Shown: in pieces, positions 36,164-42,871 of the stretch
Position numbering within the stretch: the stretch's first letter is position 1
Layout of the letters: every line of letters starts with the position of its first letter
Virus record (IMG/VR): IMGVR_UViG_3300045988_100865
Coordinates: 1-60,750 of that record
Direction: 5' to 3' (one strand)
Source of the DNA: a virus
Length of the DNA stretch: 60,750 nucleotides
The notes under the pieces: generated by a model
Database searches by the model: none
Seen by the model: only the letters and a program-made list of their open reading frames with translations
What the model was told of the DNA's origin: nothing
Made by a program: the position numbers and the translations under genes

Positions 36164-36270
36164 TCCGTAAATCATTCATGTTCTATTAAAATAGGGTTTG
36201 TCATTTCATTTATGTATAGCTAATGAGTTTTAGAAGAAATATCACAAATTAATAAATTAGGTTTAGCCTA

Positions 36271-36298
36271 TTGACTTTTAATTTATTTGTGTTATAAT
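36271..36298 (+). promoter_or_regulatory. consensus extended -10 promoter with no downstream ORF
   Basis: TTGACT (36271-36276), 16 nt ending in TGT, TATAAT (36293-36298). Confidence 0.65.
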
Positions 36299-36304
36299 AG
36301 ATAC

Positions 36305-36376
36305 ATAGCTCAAAAAGCTATACTCCATTTCTATGTAAGGGAAGAGATCTACTTTTTGTAGGTCTCTTTTCTTTTT
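36305..36376 (+). ncRNA. candidate ~70-nt small RNA (promoter-to-terminator unit)
   Basis: Lies between the promoter above and an 11-bp hairpin (36342-36352 / 36358-36368, loop ttttt) followed by ttcttttt. There is no ORF. A small internal hairpin reads tagc-tcaaaaa-gcta. Confidence 0.4.
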
Positions 36377-37508
36377 ATCCTTTTAGTATGTAATAAGCAT
36401 CATCAACATCAACATGAATATTTTTAAGTGTATCAGCTGTTCCAAACTTAGGATAACCAGAACCCTCTGCCATATTTGCGAAAAAATGATAACCGCAAGC
36501 TTCTAAAGCTTTTGTTTCTACTCTCATTCCTTCAATTTGATTGAAATCCTCAAATTTTCTTTTAAAAATATAGCACATAATAGCTTTTGTGAAAGAATAA
36601 CCACTTTTTGCCATTTCATCATTTCCAAAGTTTGTGTAAGTACCTGAAAAGGTTATATCTTGATCATTTTTGTAGTAATAAATCCTTGCAGAAGGCACTA
36701 AATCACCTTCTTCATTTAAACAGTAAAATTTTAGCATTTTAAATCCTACAGCCTTTAGAATTTCAGGTGTTTGCCATCCTGAAAGTGCTTTTCTGTGACA
36801 AGAACCTGCAAAAGACCACTTTTTTGAAATATCCTTAATTTCATCATCAAGATAGTCATATAACAAGGTTCTGTAGAGGTATCCTCTGTGAAAATTAGGC
36901 TTTCCTGTATAGTAATTATCAAACCATGCTTTCACTTCTCCCCAAATGACCAAATCTTGCTCTCTAAAGGCTATATTTTGTCTTGTAAGCTGTTTTTTAA
37001 GACTAGGGGTATTATACCCTTCAGTGTAAGAAAAATCGCTGTAATAGCTTTCTATGAGCTTTCTGAACGTTATTGGTTCATACCTATCATTTTTATCTTG
37101 ATTCTTAAAGAACTTTAAGGATTCTTCCTTCTTAAATTCTATTAATTGCTCTTTAATATCTCGTATTGTTGTAAAAGCTACCTCATTAGTTCTTACAACG
37201 TTATCACCAAATGTTTTTAATTTTATATTTGTGTAATTTTCTTTCAAGAAAGGTTTGATAATATGTTCATAGCTATTTAGCACATTTAAGATACCTCTAT
37301 CTATTACATGACCTACTAATTTATTCCTAATTAGTAAATCACAAAGGGGATCTATATAAGACTTTCCTATCGACTCCTTTAAAGCCAATTCCTGAACTTT
37401 TTTAAGTGCTTTTAAGTATTTGTAACCTTTCAATTCTTCAGGATTTAAGTTTTCCTGTAAGTATTTCAAAGTTTCTGTGTAACTCCCATTGATTTTAACT
37501 TTATTCAT
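36375..37508 (-). CDS. hypothetical protein (377 aa)
   Basis: Listed ORF, co-oriented. No family recognised. Confidence 0.6.
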   Translation of the reverse strand: MNKVKINGSYTETLKYLQENLNPEELKGYKYLKALKKVQELALKESIGKSYIDPLCDLLIRNKLVGHVIDRGILNVLNSYEHIIKPFLKENYTNIKLKTFGDNVVRTNEVAFTTIRDIKEQLIEFKKEESLKFFKNQDKNDRYEPITFRKLIESYYSDFSYTEGYNTPSLKKQLTRQNIAFREQDLVIWGEVKAWFDNYYTGKPNFHRGYLYRTLLYDYLDDEIKDISKKWSFAGSCHRKALSGWQTPEILKAVGFKMLKFYCLNEEGDLVPSARIYYYKNDQDITFSGTYTNFGNDEMAKSGYSFTKAIMCYIFKRKFEDFNQIEGMRVETKALEACGYHFFANMAEGSGYPKFGTADTLKNIHVDVDDAYYILKG

Positions 37509-37839
37509 AGAGGCTTAACCCCCTGACTCCTACTAAAATATCCTTTAAGTAAAATTTCCTTCCTGTGATCAGGACACCTTTAGTAATTCCTTTTTTCTTC
37601 AGGGCTTCAGCTGTGATCTTGCTTACAATAATGTATTGGTTATTATCAATTAAGCTCTTAATCACAGGTAAAGGATCAGTGATAGTATAATCAATAATAT
37701 CAATAGGTACACCTTCCAGCTCTTTGATAGTCTTGTAGCTTGTGTAAGCCCTTAAAGTAAGCTTACTTTTTGGGATAATCTTATAAATATTCCCTTTGTG
37801 ATCACAGATATTAATGTTATGACCTGTAAGATTAATCAT
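37501..37839 (-). CDS. hypothetical protein (112 aa)
   Basis: Listed ORF, overlaps both neighbours. Confidence 0.55.
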   Translation of the reverse strand: MINLTGHNINICDHKGNIYKIIPKSKLTLRAYTSYKTIKELEGVPIDIIDYTITDPLPVIKSLIDNNQYIIVSKITAEALKKKGITKGVLITGRKFYLKDILVGVRGLSLYE

Positions 37840-38119
37840 TCAGACCCCCTATATAAAATTTTAAGTTTTCAGGGATAAGTAATGGCTTATCTAAATTTTC
37901 ATTAATGTAACCTAGACGAATATCACCATCTACTTTATTCAGAATGTAGTATTCACTATCTTGTGAGTAAGCTTTTAAGAGAATAACCCTATCTCCATCC
38001 TTAAAATGCCCCCAATCACAGCCGACAGTGTAAACACCGATGAAATCAAGATAAGGATCATGAAAGTAAGCATTTTGCTCAATGAACTCTACAACCTTAT
38101 TAACAGTTTTTTTAATCAT
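37832..38119 (-). CDS. hypothetical protein
   Basis: ATG 38119 forms an ATGA overlap with the upstream stop (the listed ORF starts at 38167). Confidence 0.5.
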   Translation of the reverse strand: MIKKTVNKVVEFIEQNAYFHDPYLDFIGVYTVGCDWGHFKDGDRVILLKAYSQDSEYYILNKVDGDIRLGYINENLDKPLLIPENLKFYIGGLND

Positions 38120-38310
38120 AGCTTGTGAGCCTCGCTGGTAATATCCACAAAAGTCCAAAAGAACCAAATAGCACTATAAAACACAAGAGAAAGCTTATAT
38201 GAGTAGTCCATAGTAGGACAAAGAGTCATAGCAAGCATTACAAGAATATTTCCATAGTAAATAAATAATTTCTTAAAGTTAATTTTTTTACGTTTTTTAG
38301 TGTTTTTCAT
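38116..38310 (-). CDS. small membrane protein (64 aa, two hydrophobic segments)
   Basis: RBS AGGAGAA upstream. Hydrophobic segments ..ILVMLAMTLCP.. and ..LSLVFYSAIWFFW... Confidence 0.5.
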   Translation of the reverse strand: MKNTKKRKKINFKKLFIYYGNILVMLAMTLCPTMDYSYKLSLVFYSAIWFFWTFVDITSEAHKL

Positions 38311-38333
38311 TTTAATTCTCCTATGATTTTAAT

Positions 38334-38723
38334 TTAATGTGAAGGTTTTAATAATCCTTCATGTTCTAGTAAGTCTTCATCTGTTGTGATTGTATTTCTA
38401 TCAGTGTAAAATTGTTCCCCAATCTTATATAGATCGTAATCACTAGCATTTACCTTGATAGTATCAGTTTTTTCTTTACTTGAGTTCCAAATAATAAACT
38501 CTAAATACTTCCCATCAGTAGTCTTTCCCATGATCTGACGTTCTACAGGTTCACCTTCATGCTTTACTACTTCTTCTTTTGGTTCATTTCGCCTATAAAT
38601 ATCGGCTATTTTGCTTCCTGTGTTGAATATACCTAAAATAAAGAAAGTAGAAGCAAAGATAAGAACACAAAGGACGTTAAGCAATAATCTATTAAATTTA
38701 TAAATATTCATTTTTATCCTCAT
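38334..38723 (-). CDS. membrane-anchored/secreted protein, paralog of 38723..39016
   Basis: N-terminal TM helix. IMGKTTDGKYLEFIIWNS..ASDYDLYKIGEQFYTD compares with ILGKTDDGEYLQFILWDA..SDDYDLYKVGESFDTD in the paralog. Confidence 0.6.
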   Translation of the reverse strand: MRIKMNIYKFNRLLLNVLCVLIFASTFFILGIFNTGSKIADIYRRNEPKEEVVKHEGEPVERQIMGKTTDGKYLEFIIWNSSKEKTDTIKVNASDYDLYKIGEQFYTDRNTITTDEDLLEHEGLLKPSH

Positions 38724-39016
38724 TATCTATATGCTGGTGTGAATGTATCAGTATCAAAGCTTTCACCTACTTTGTAAAGATCATAATCATCTGATGTTAC
38801 TCTAGTTTTATATTTTGATTGTGTTTTAGCATCCCACAGAATGAACTGTAAGTATTCACCATCATCAGTTTTTCCTAGAATTTCCTTATCTGAATGATTA
38901 TTTACTGTGGTTACTTCATAATTAGTAACTTGTGCTGGTTTTAATACTTGTGAAAGTGTGAAAATGCCCAAGCCTAACACACAAGTTAGAAATATTGTTA
39001 AAAGTAATTTTTTCAT
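38723..39016 (-). CDS. membrane-anchored/secreted protein, paralog of 38334..38723
   Basis: Signal/TM MKKLLLTIFLTCVLGLGIF. Conserved core shared with the downstream paralog. Confidence 0.6.
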   Translation of the reverse strand: MKKLLLTIFLTCVLGLGIFTLSQVLKPAQVTNYEVTTVNNHSDKEILGKTDDGEYLQFILWDAKTQSKYKTRVTSDDYDLYKVGESFDTDTFTPAYR

Positions 39017-39077
39017 GATTATTCTCCTTTAAATACATTCTAACCAAGATTGGAAATTCTCTTTGGCGAGTGTAATA

Positions 39078-39320
39078 TTAATTTTCAAACCATCTTCTCA
39101 GGATAGCCAAGAAGCTGTTTTTATCCACAGAAGAGGCTATTTTCTTACCATAATGTTCTAGGATATAGAGATCAGCTTCCTGACCCTCTAGAGCACTGTA
39201 AAGCTTCACATAAGCGTGTATGTTATTGTTAGTCACAAGAAGAATTTCACTTTCATTTGTGACCTTAACTTTTTCTTTAGTGATTGATACTTTAAGCATA
39301 TTGATTATACCACTCTTCAT
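39078..39320 (-). CDS. hypothetical protein (80 aa)
   Basis: Listed ORF, overlaps the upstream gene. Confidence 0.5.
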   Translation of the reverse strand: MKSGIINMLKVSITKEKVKVTNESEILLVTNNNIHAYVKLYSALEGQEADLYILEHYGKKIASSVDKNSFLAILRRWFEN

Positions 39321-39558
39321 CAGTCATCTTGTGATATCCTCTAGCTTCCATTTGATCTCTCATTTTTCTGATATCTCTTTGAAGCATATTCATTGAGTGG
39401 ATGTATTCGGCTTTGTGTAAACTTACTACAGTACTATGAGATTGTCCATAGAAGAAAGTACCATTCTCATGGTCAATCATGATAAACAAACGATACCCGT
39501 AAGTACTCATCTTTGAAGCGAATAGTTCAGCGTTTTGATATTGAAATTTGTAGTCCAT
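39292..39558 (-). CDS. hypothetical protein (88 aa), first gene of the leftward early operon
   Basis: RBS AAGGAGG upstream. About 146 nt downstream of the early promoter. Confidence 0.6.
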   Translation of the reverse strand: MDYKFQYQNAELFASKMSTYGYRLFIMIDHENGTFFYGQSHSTVVSLHKAEYIHSMNMLQRDIRKMRDQMEARGYHKMTDEEWYNQYA

Positions 39559-39710
39559 TTTGACTACCTCCTTGTTTTTAATAGTGAGATAATTGAGCTT
39601 TGCTCAATTTTTGGCTTGTCTCATAAGTCCTATGTTCCTTATCCTCAAAGGAAGTAGTAACTTAACTTTTGATAGCTCCTAGGTTGTATCTCTCTCAACC
39701 TTATGTAACT

Positions 39711-39739
39711 ATTATATCAGGTAATGAAATAAAAGTCAA
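39711..39739 (-). promoter_or_regulatory. leftward early promoter (consensus, extended -10)
   Basis: Minus strand TTGACT (39739-39734), 17 nt ending in TGA, TATAAT (39716-39711). Confidence 0.7.
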
Positions 39740-39829
39740 CCCTTTTTTAACAAAAATTTCATTATTTTTTAAAATTCTTAGCTTTTTTATGATTATATTT
39801 ATTTTTAGTGTAATCATTCTAATCAATGA

Positions 39830-40310
39830 GAATGAAAGAAATAAAAGAAAGAATGAAAGAAATGAAAGTAAGTAATCACTTGTAAAGTTAACCATTTTAT
39901 TATCTAATGCACTAAAGCACAGTAATGTAGTAATGTAGTGTTTATTGTAAGTAATCATAAGCAATTAATCAGTAATGCACAGTACAGTACACAATGTACT
40001 TAATGCACAAGAGAGTATATATTTGTAAAGGATGGTGACCTTCTTAATGAAGTAATCAATAGTATGCATTGTATTATTGATTATGTAGCTATGGTTGAAT
40101 GTAAAGTAATCATGTACTATTAGTAACTACAGCTCTTCCTGCTGTCTGTATAGTGTACGTACAGTAGTATCAATGGTTATGGTATGGTATTGTATGCTTA
40201 TAGGGTTATGATATGGTAGTATGGTATGATAGTGTAGAGTGTACAGTTAGACGGTGTAATGAATGTTGTTAATAATTGTTGTTAACATTTGTTAACATTT
40301 TTATTTTACC
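39830..40310. repeat. non-coding region dense in short direct repeats (iteron-like families)
   Basis: AATGAAAGAAAT x2. AGTAATCA x4 (about 39870, 39950, 40051, 40104). TAATGCAC x3 (about 39905, 39973, 40001). GGTATG-type repeats at 40170-40235. GTTAACATTT x2 in tandem (40281-40300). No credible ORF. Confidence 0.6.
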
Positions 40311-40350
40311 TTTTCATTAGCTAAAGAAATGGGTTGATTTTAGGCAATTC

Positions 40351-40386
40351 AAAAGGAGGGTGAAAAGGAGGGTGAAAAGGAGGGTA
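40351..40386. repeat. perfect tandem repeat (AAAAGGAGGGTG) x3, last unit ending in A
   Basis: Units at 40351-40362, 40363-40374 and 40375-40386. A further GGAGG-rich block gaggaggctgggaggagggcagga lies at 40426-40449. Confidence 0.9.
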
Positions 40387-40562
40387 ATTTAAAAAAGTAA
40401 AATTTCCTTAGGTTGATTAAAAAATGAGGAGGCTGGGAGGAGGGCAGGATTTCCCTATTCACGACAATAAAATATTAGGTTAAAAAGAGGTTTAAAATCC
40501 TCTAGTCCTTAGAGCCTCAATGGTTTACATGCTTCCCTATTGACCAGCATAAATTTAATGTA

Positions 40563-40595
40563 ATAAAAAAGGGTTAGCATACTTAACTGCTAACC
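40563..40595 (-). terminator. intrinsic terminator of gene 40603..41568
   Basis: ggttagca-8 nt-tgctaacc, followed on the minus strand by CTTTTTTAT. Confidence 0.8.
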
Positions 40596-40602
40596 TAGTT
40601 GA

Positions 40603-41568
40603 TTAGAAGGAAGGGCTATCCTCTGTTTCTTTTAAGAATTTACTTGACTTAATGGTTAATGACCTAGAAGGGCTACCATGACCCACTTCACCATAGTAAG
40701 GGTTACTAATATACTTCTCAAGGCTAAGGATGAGTGCATTGAAGAGGAATCTCTTGTGTCCAAATCCTGTGAGCTTACAGATTAGTTCCATACGAGGAGT
40801 AAATAGGTCTGACTTAATGTTAAAGCAAGCATAGTACTCTATAGGCTTCATATTGTGCTTTGTAAGCCATTCATCTAGTGTTTGAAGCTTATCCTTCATG
40901 ATTAGCTTTTTAGAGGTATACTGAACAAATCTAGGCATAAAGCGATACTTTTCAGGTATACCTTCTGTGCCAAAGTAGTGGTTAAGGTAGCGTACATAAA
41001 TGTCTCTTACTCTTTCAGATCCTCTATTGTTAAAGGCTACAAACTTACCATAAGCCCTAGGGCTGATTACTTTCTTGTAGAAAAGCATATCCTGTGATGA
41101 TTTAGGCATAAAAAGCTTACGGTCTAGTGAAAGAAAGAATTTAAATGACACAGGATTGTAGAATACATAGTCACTAATGGCTATCTTGTAAAAATAGTTA
41201 TATTTGGCACTGTAGAGGAAATTGGCTGCTGCTTGTGAACCATTTTCTTTATACACAAGGTCTATCAGCTCTGTGCCTTTAAATGGCTTGCTCATTAGGT
41301 CAAAATAAAGCTTTCCTAGCTCACTGTGGCTTAATTCATCTGTGCACAGGTGATAGTAGTCTTTAAGAGGTCTATTAGAGTATTCTATCTCTGTGATCTC
41401 ATCTCCATAGTGTAATTTTACAAAATCTTTTACATTTTCTTTTAGGCTTGCATTTGCTACATTCTTTCCTTCCAATTTCACTGCTGTGTTGAAATATTCC
41501 TCAGATATTATATTATTTCCTTTGCTTCTTACTTTACCAAAATATAACTCAAAAATTTTACTGTACAT
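40603..41568 (-). CDS. hypothetical protein (321 aa), monocistronic unit
   Basis: It has its own consensus promoter (41598-41626), RBS AAAGGAG and terminator. No family recognised. Confidence 0.65.
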   Translation of the reverse strand: MYSKIFELYFGKVRSKGNNIISEEYFNTAVKLEGKNVANASLKENVKDFVKLHYGDEITEIEYSNRPLKDYYHLCTDELSHSELGKLYFDLMSKPFKGTELIDLVYKENGSQAAANFLYSAKYNYFYKIAISDYVFYNPVSFKFFLSLDRKLFMPKSSQDMLFYKKVISPRAYGKFVAFNNRGSERVRDIYVRYLNHYFGTEGIPEKYRFMPRFVQYTSKKLIMKDKLQTLDEWLTKHNMKPIEYYACFNIKSDLFTPRMELICKLTGFGHKRFLFNALILSLEKYISNPYYGEVGHGSPSRSLTIKSSKFLKETEDSPSF

Positions 41569-41597
41569 TTATATACTCCTTTTGTGATTTATGAAAA

Positions 41598-41626
41598 ATT
41601 ATAACACTTTAAGCAACAATAGTCAA
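41598..41626 (-). promoter_or_regulatory. consensus extended -10 promoter for 40603..41568
   Basis: Minus strand TTGACT (41626-41621), 17 nt ending in TGT, TATAAT (41603-41598). Confidence 0.7.
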
Positions 41627-41749
41627 TACTTTCTTATTTTACTAAAATTATTTACCTATCTGTGCATAAATGAAATTAACAACCCTGTTTTAATTGTTCA
41701 CAAATGATTTACAAATATAATTTATCCTTAACATTAATATAATTTATAG

Positions 41750-41807
41750 TTATGTACTTAAGTACTTAAGTATTAATCATTATGTACTTAAGGTTATGTA
41801 CTTAAGG
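41750..41807. repeat. operator-like repeats: GTACTTAAG x4, including the palindrome GTACTTAAGTAC and the tandem 14-mer TTATGTACTTAAGG x2
   Basis: Copies at 41754-41762, 41762-41770, 41784-41792 and 41798-41806. Tandem 14-mers at 41780-41793 and 41794-41807. Confidence 0.7.
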
Positions 41808-41873
41808 TTAATAATTAAGTTAAATTATATTTGTAATTCATATATGTACAGATAAAGAATAAGAAAAGGGTTG

Positions 41874-41902
41874 TTGACAGATTTCCATTCTTGTGGTAAG
41901 AT
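41874..41902 (+). promoter_or_regulatory. rightward promoter next to the RuvC-like gene
   Basis: TTGACA (41874-41879), 17 nt ending in TGG, TAAGAT (41897-41902). The ATG lies only 8 nt further on. Confidence 0.5.
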
Positions 41903-41909
41903 ATTAACC

Positions 41910-42368
41910 ATGAAAATTCTAAGTCTAGATCTAAGCACAAAAAGTTCAGGGTTTGCAGTATTTGAGGATGAGGTTTTGGTTGATTATGGTGTGATTAAAA
42001 ACACCGATAAAGACATTCTTGTGAGAGGCAATTACATGGCAGAGTTTGTGAGATTACTCTGTGAGAAATATGGCAAGTTTGATCTTGTGGGAATTGAAGA
42101 ATTAAAAGTTTTAAGTAATCAATCCACCCTTGTGAAATTAGCACAGGTGCAAGGTATGGTTTTGAGAGAGCTAAAAGACCAAGTGGTTAAGTTTGTAATG
42201 CCTACTGTGTGGAGAAAGAGTTTTGAGTTAAATGGCAAGAGAGCTGAGGCTAAAGCTAAGGCTATTAAGCTTTGTAATGAGCTAGGTTATGAAGTTGAAT
42301 GTGATGATGATGCAGAAGCAATACTTTTAGGAATTTATTTTCAAAATGTGTTGACAGATAAACCATAA
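41910..42368 (+). CDS. RuvC-like Holliday junction resolvase
   Basis: MKILSLDLSTKSSGFAVF.. (catalytic Asp context) and C-terminal ..DDDAEAILLG... The listed TTG start at 41871 lies inside the promoter -35. Confidence 0.7.
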   Translation: MKILSLDLSTKSSGFAVFEDEVLVDYGVIKNTDKDILVRGNYMAEFVRLLCEKYGKFDLVGIEELKVLSNQSTLVKLAQVQGMVLRELKDQVVKFVMPTVWRKSFELNGKRAEAKAKAIKLCNELGYEVECDDDAEAILLGIYFQNVLTDKP

Positions 42369-42385
42369 TCTGATATACTAATAAT

Positions 42386-42422
42386 CAAGACAACATCTAC
42401 CCCTTTCATGTTGTCCTTGTTT
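42386..42422 (+). terminator. hairpin/terminator after the RuvC-like gene
   Basis: caagacaacat-11 nt-atgttgtc(c)ttg with one bulge and a short T run. A second 8-bp hairpin lies at 42431-42460. Confidence 0.45.
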
Positions 42423-42537
42423 CATGAGTTGTGAGTGGTTTTGTTTCATTTCCCACTCACTTATGCCTCTGTAGCCAAGTGATAAGGCAATCCAGTAAAC
42501 AAAAATACAAAACTTAATATTTATGTAGGAGGCAGTT

Positions 42538-42720
42538 GTGGTGCGTTACTATAATGAGAACTATGTTGTGAATGAATATGGTGAACTTACTACTAATCAA
42601 CCTATAGTGAAGCTAGCTTCTAAGTATGGTGTTAGTGATAGTGCTTATAGAAAGTGGTTGACTAAAAGAGGACTACCTGCTAAACTTAAAGATATTAAGT
42701 TATTCATTTCGAGTGTATAG
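42538..42720 (+). CDS. 60-aa HTH-like protein encoded inside the tRNA insert
   Basis: GTG start 5 nt after AGGAGG. ..IVKLASKYGVSDSAYRKWLTKRGLP.. looks like a helix-turn-helix. Its last 10 nt overlap the nested tRNA. Confidence 0.45.
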   Translation: MVRYYNENYVVNEYGELTTNQPIVKLASKYGVSDSAYRKWLTKRGLPAKLKDIKLFISSV

Positions 42721-42784
42721 CCAAGTGGTTTAAGGTGGTGAGCCGCAACCTCATTATTCAGGGGTTCGAATCCCCTTACACTCT
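42711..42784 (+). tRNA. tRNA, anticodon GCA (Cys) with an unusual C at position 33
   Basis: Acceptor GAGTGTA/TACACTC. D arm GCC-..-GGT. Anticodon stem GTGAG/CTCAT with loop CCGCAAC. Variable region TATTC. T arm AGGGG-TTCGAAT-CCCCT. Confidence 0.7.
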
Positions 42785-42871
42785 TAGTTTACTGGATGAG
42801 CGCAGGTTTGAATCCTGTCAGGGGCTTGTCATGATTGGTATTCATGTCTCCTATGGGCTTTATGCCCTTTA

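Larger units (their letters stand above)
42465..42826 (+). tRNA. interrupted tRNA-like gene: 5' half 42465-42496, 3' half 42788-42826, 291-nt insert in the anticodon loop
   Basis: Acceptor GCCTCTG pairs with CAGGGGC (one G-U). D arm GCC-AAGTGATAA-GGC. Anticodon stem ATCCA/TGGAT. T arm GCAGG-TTTGAAT-CCTGT. All stems verified by eye. Confidence 0.45.

Noticed and set aside
39591-39612. Hairpin AATTGAGC-TTT-GCTCAATT followed by TTTGG, oriented as a plus-strand terminator inside the 5' UTR of the leftward early operon.
   Set aside because: No plus-strand transcription unit can be identified upstream. It may simply be UTR structure, so it is not annotated as a terminator.
39669-39964. Listed ORFs 39669..39875 (+) and 39701..39964 (-) in the AT-rich region.
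   Set aside because: Their translations are low-complexity (runs of I, F, L, K, N). They lack an SD, overlap the early promoter and its 5' UTR, and overlap each other on opposite strands. I treat them as non-coding.
40351-40386. Tandem 12-mers considered as a CRISPR array or G-quadruplex.
   Set aside because: The repeats are contiguous with no spacers and are far too short for CRISPR. Only three closely spaced GGG tracts are present, so a canonical four-tract quadruplex is not supported.
42829-42869. Anticodon-like hairpin CATGA-TTGGTAT-TCATG and hairpin GGGC-TTTAT-GCCC between the tRNA-like genes, considered as a further tRNA.
   Set aside because: No acceptor stem, D arm or proper T arm can be drawn. 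It is possibly a tRNA remnant, but support is insufficient.
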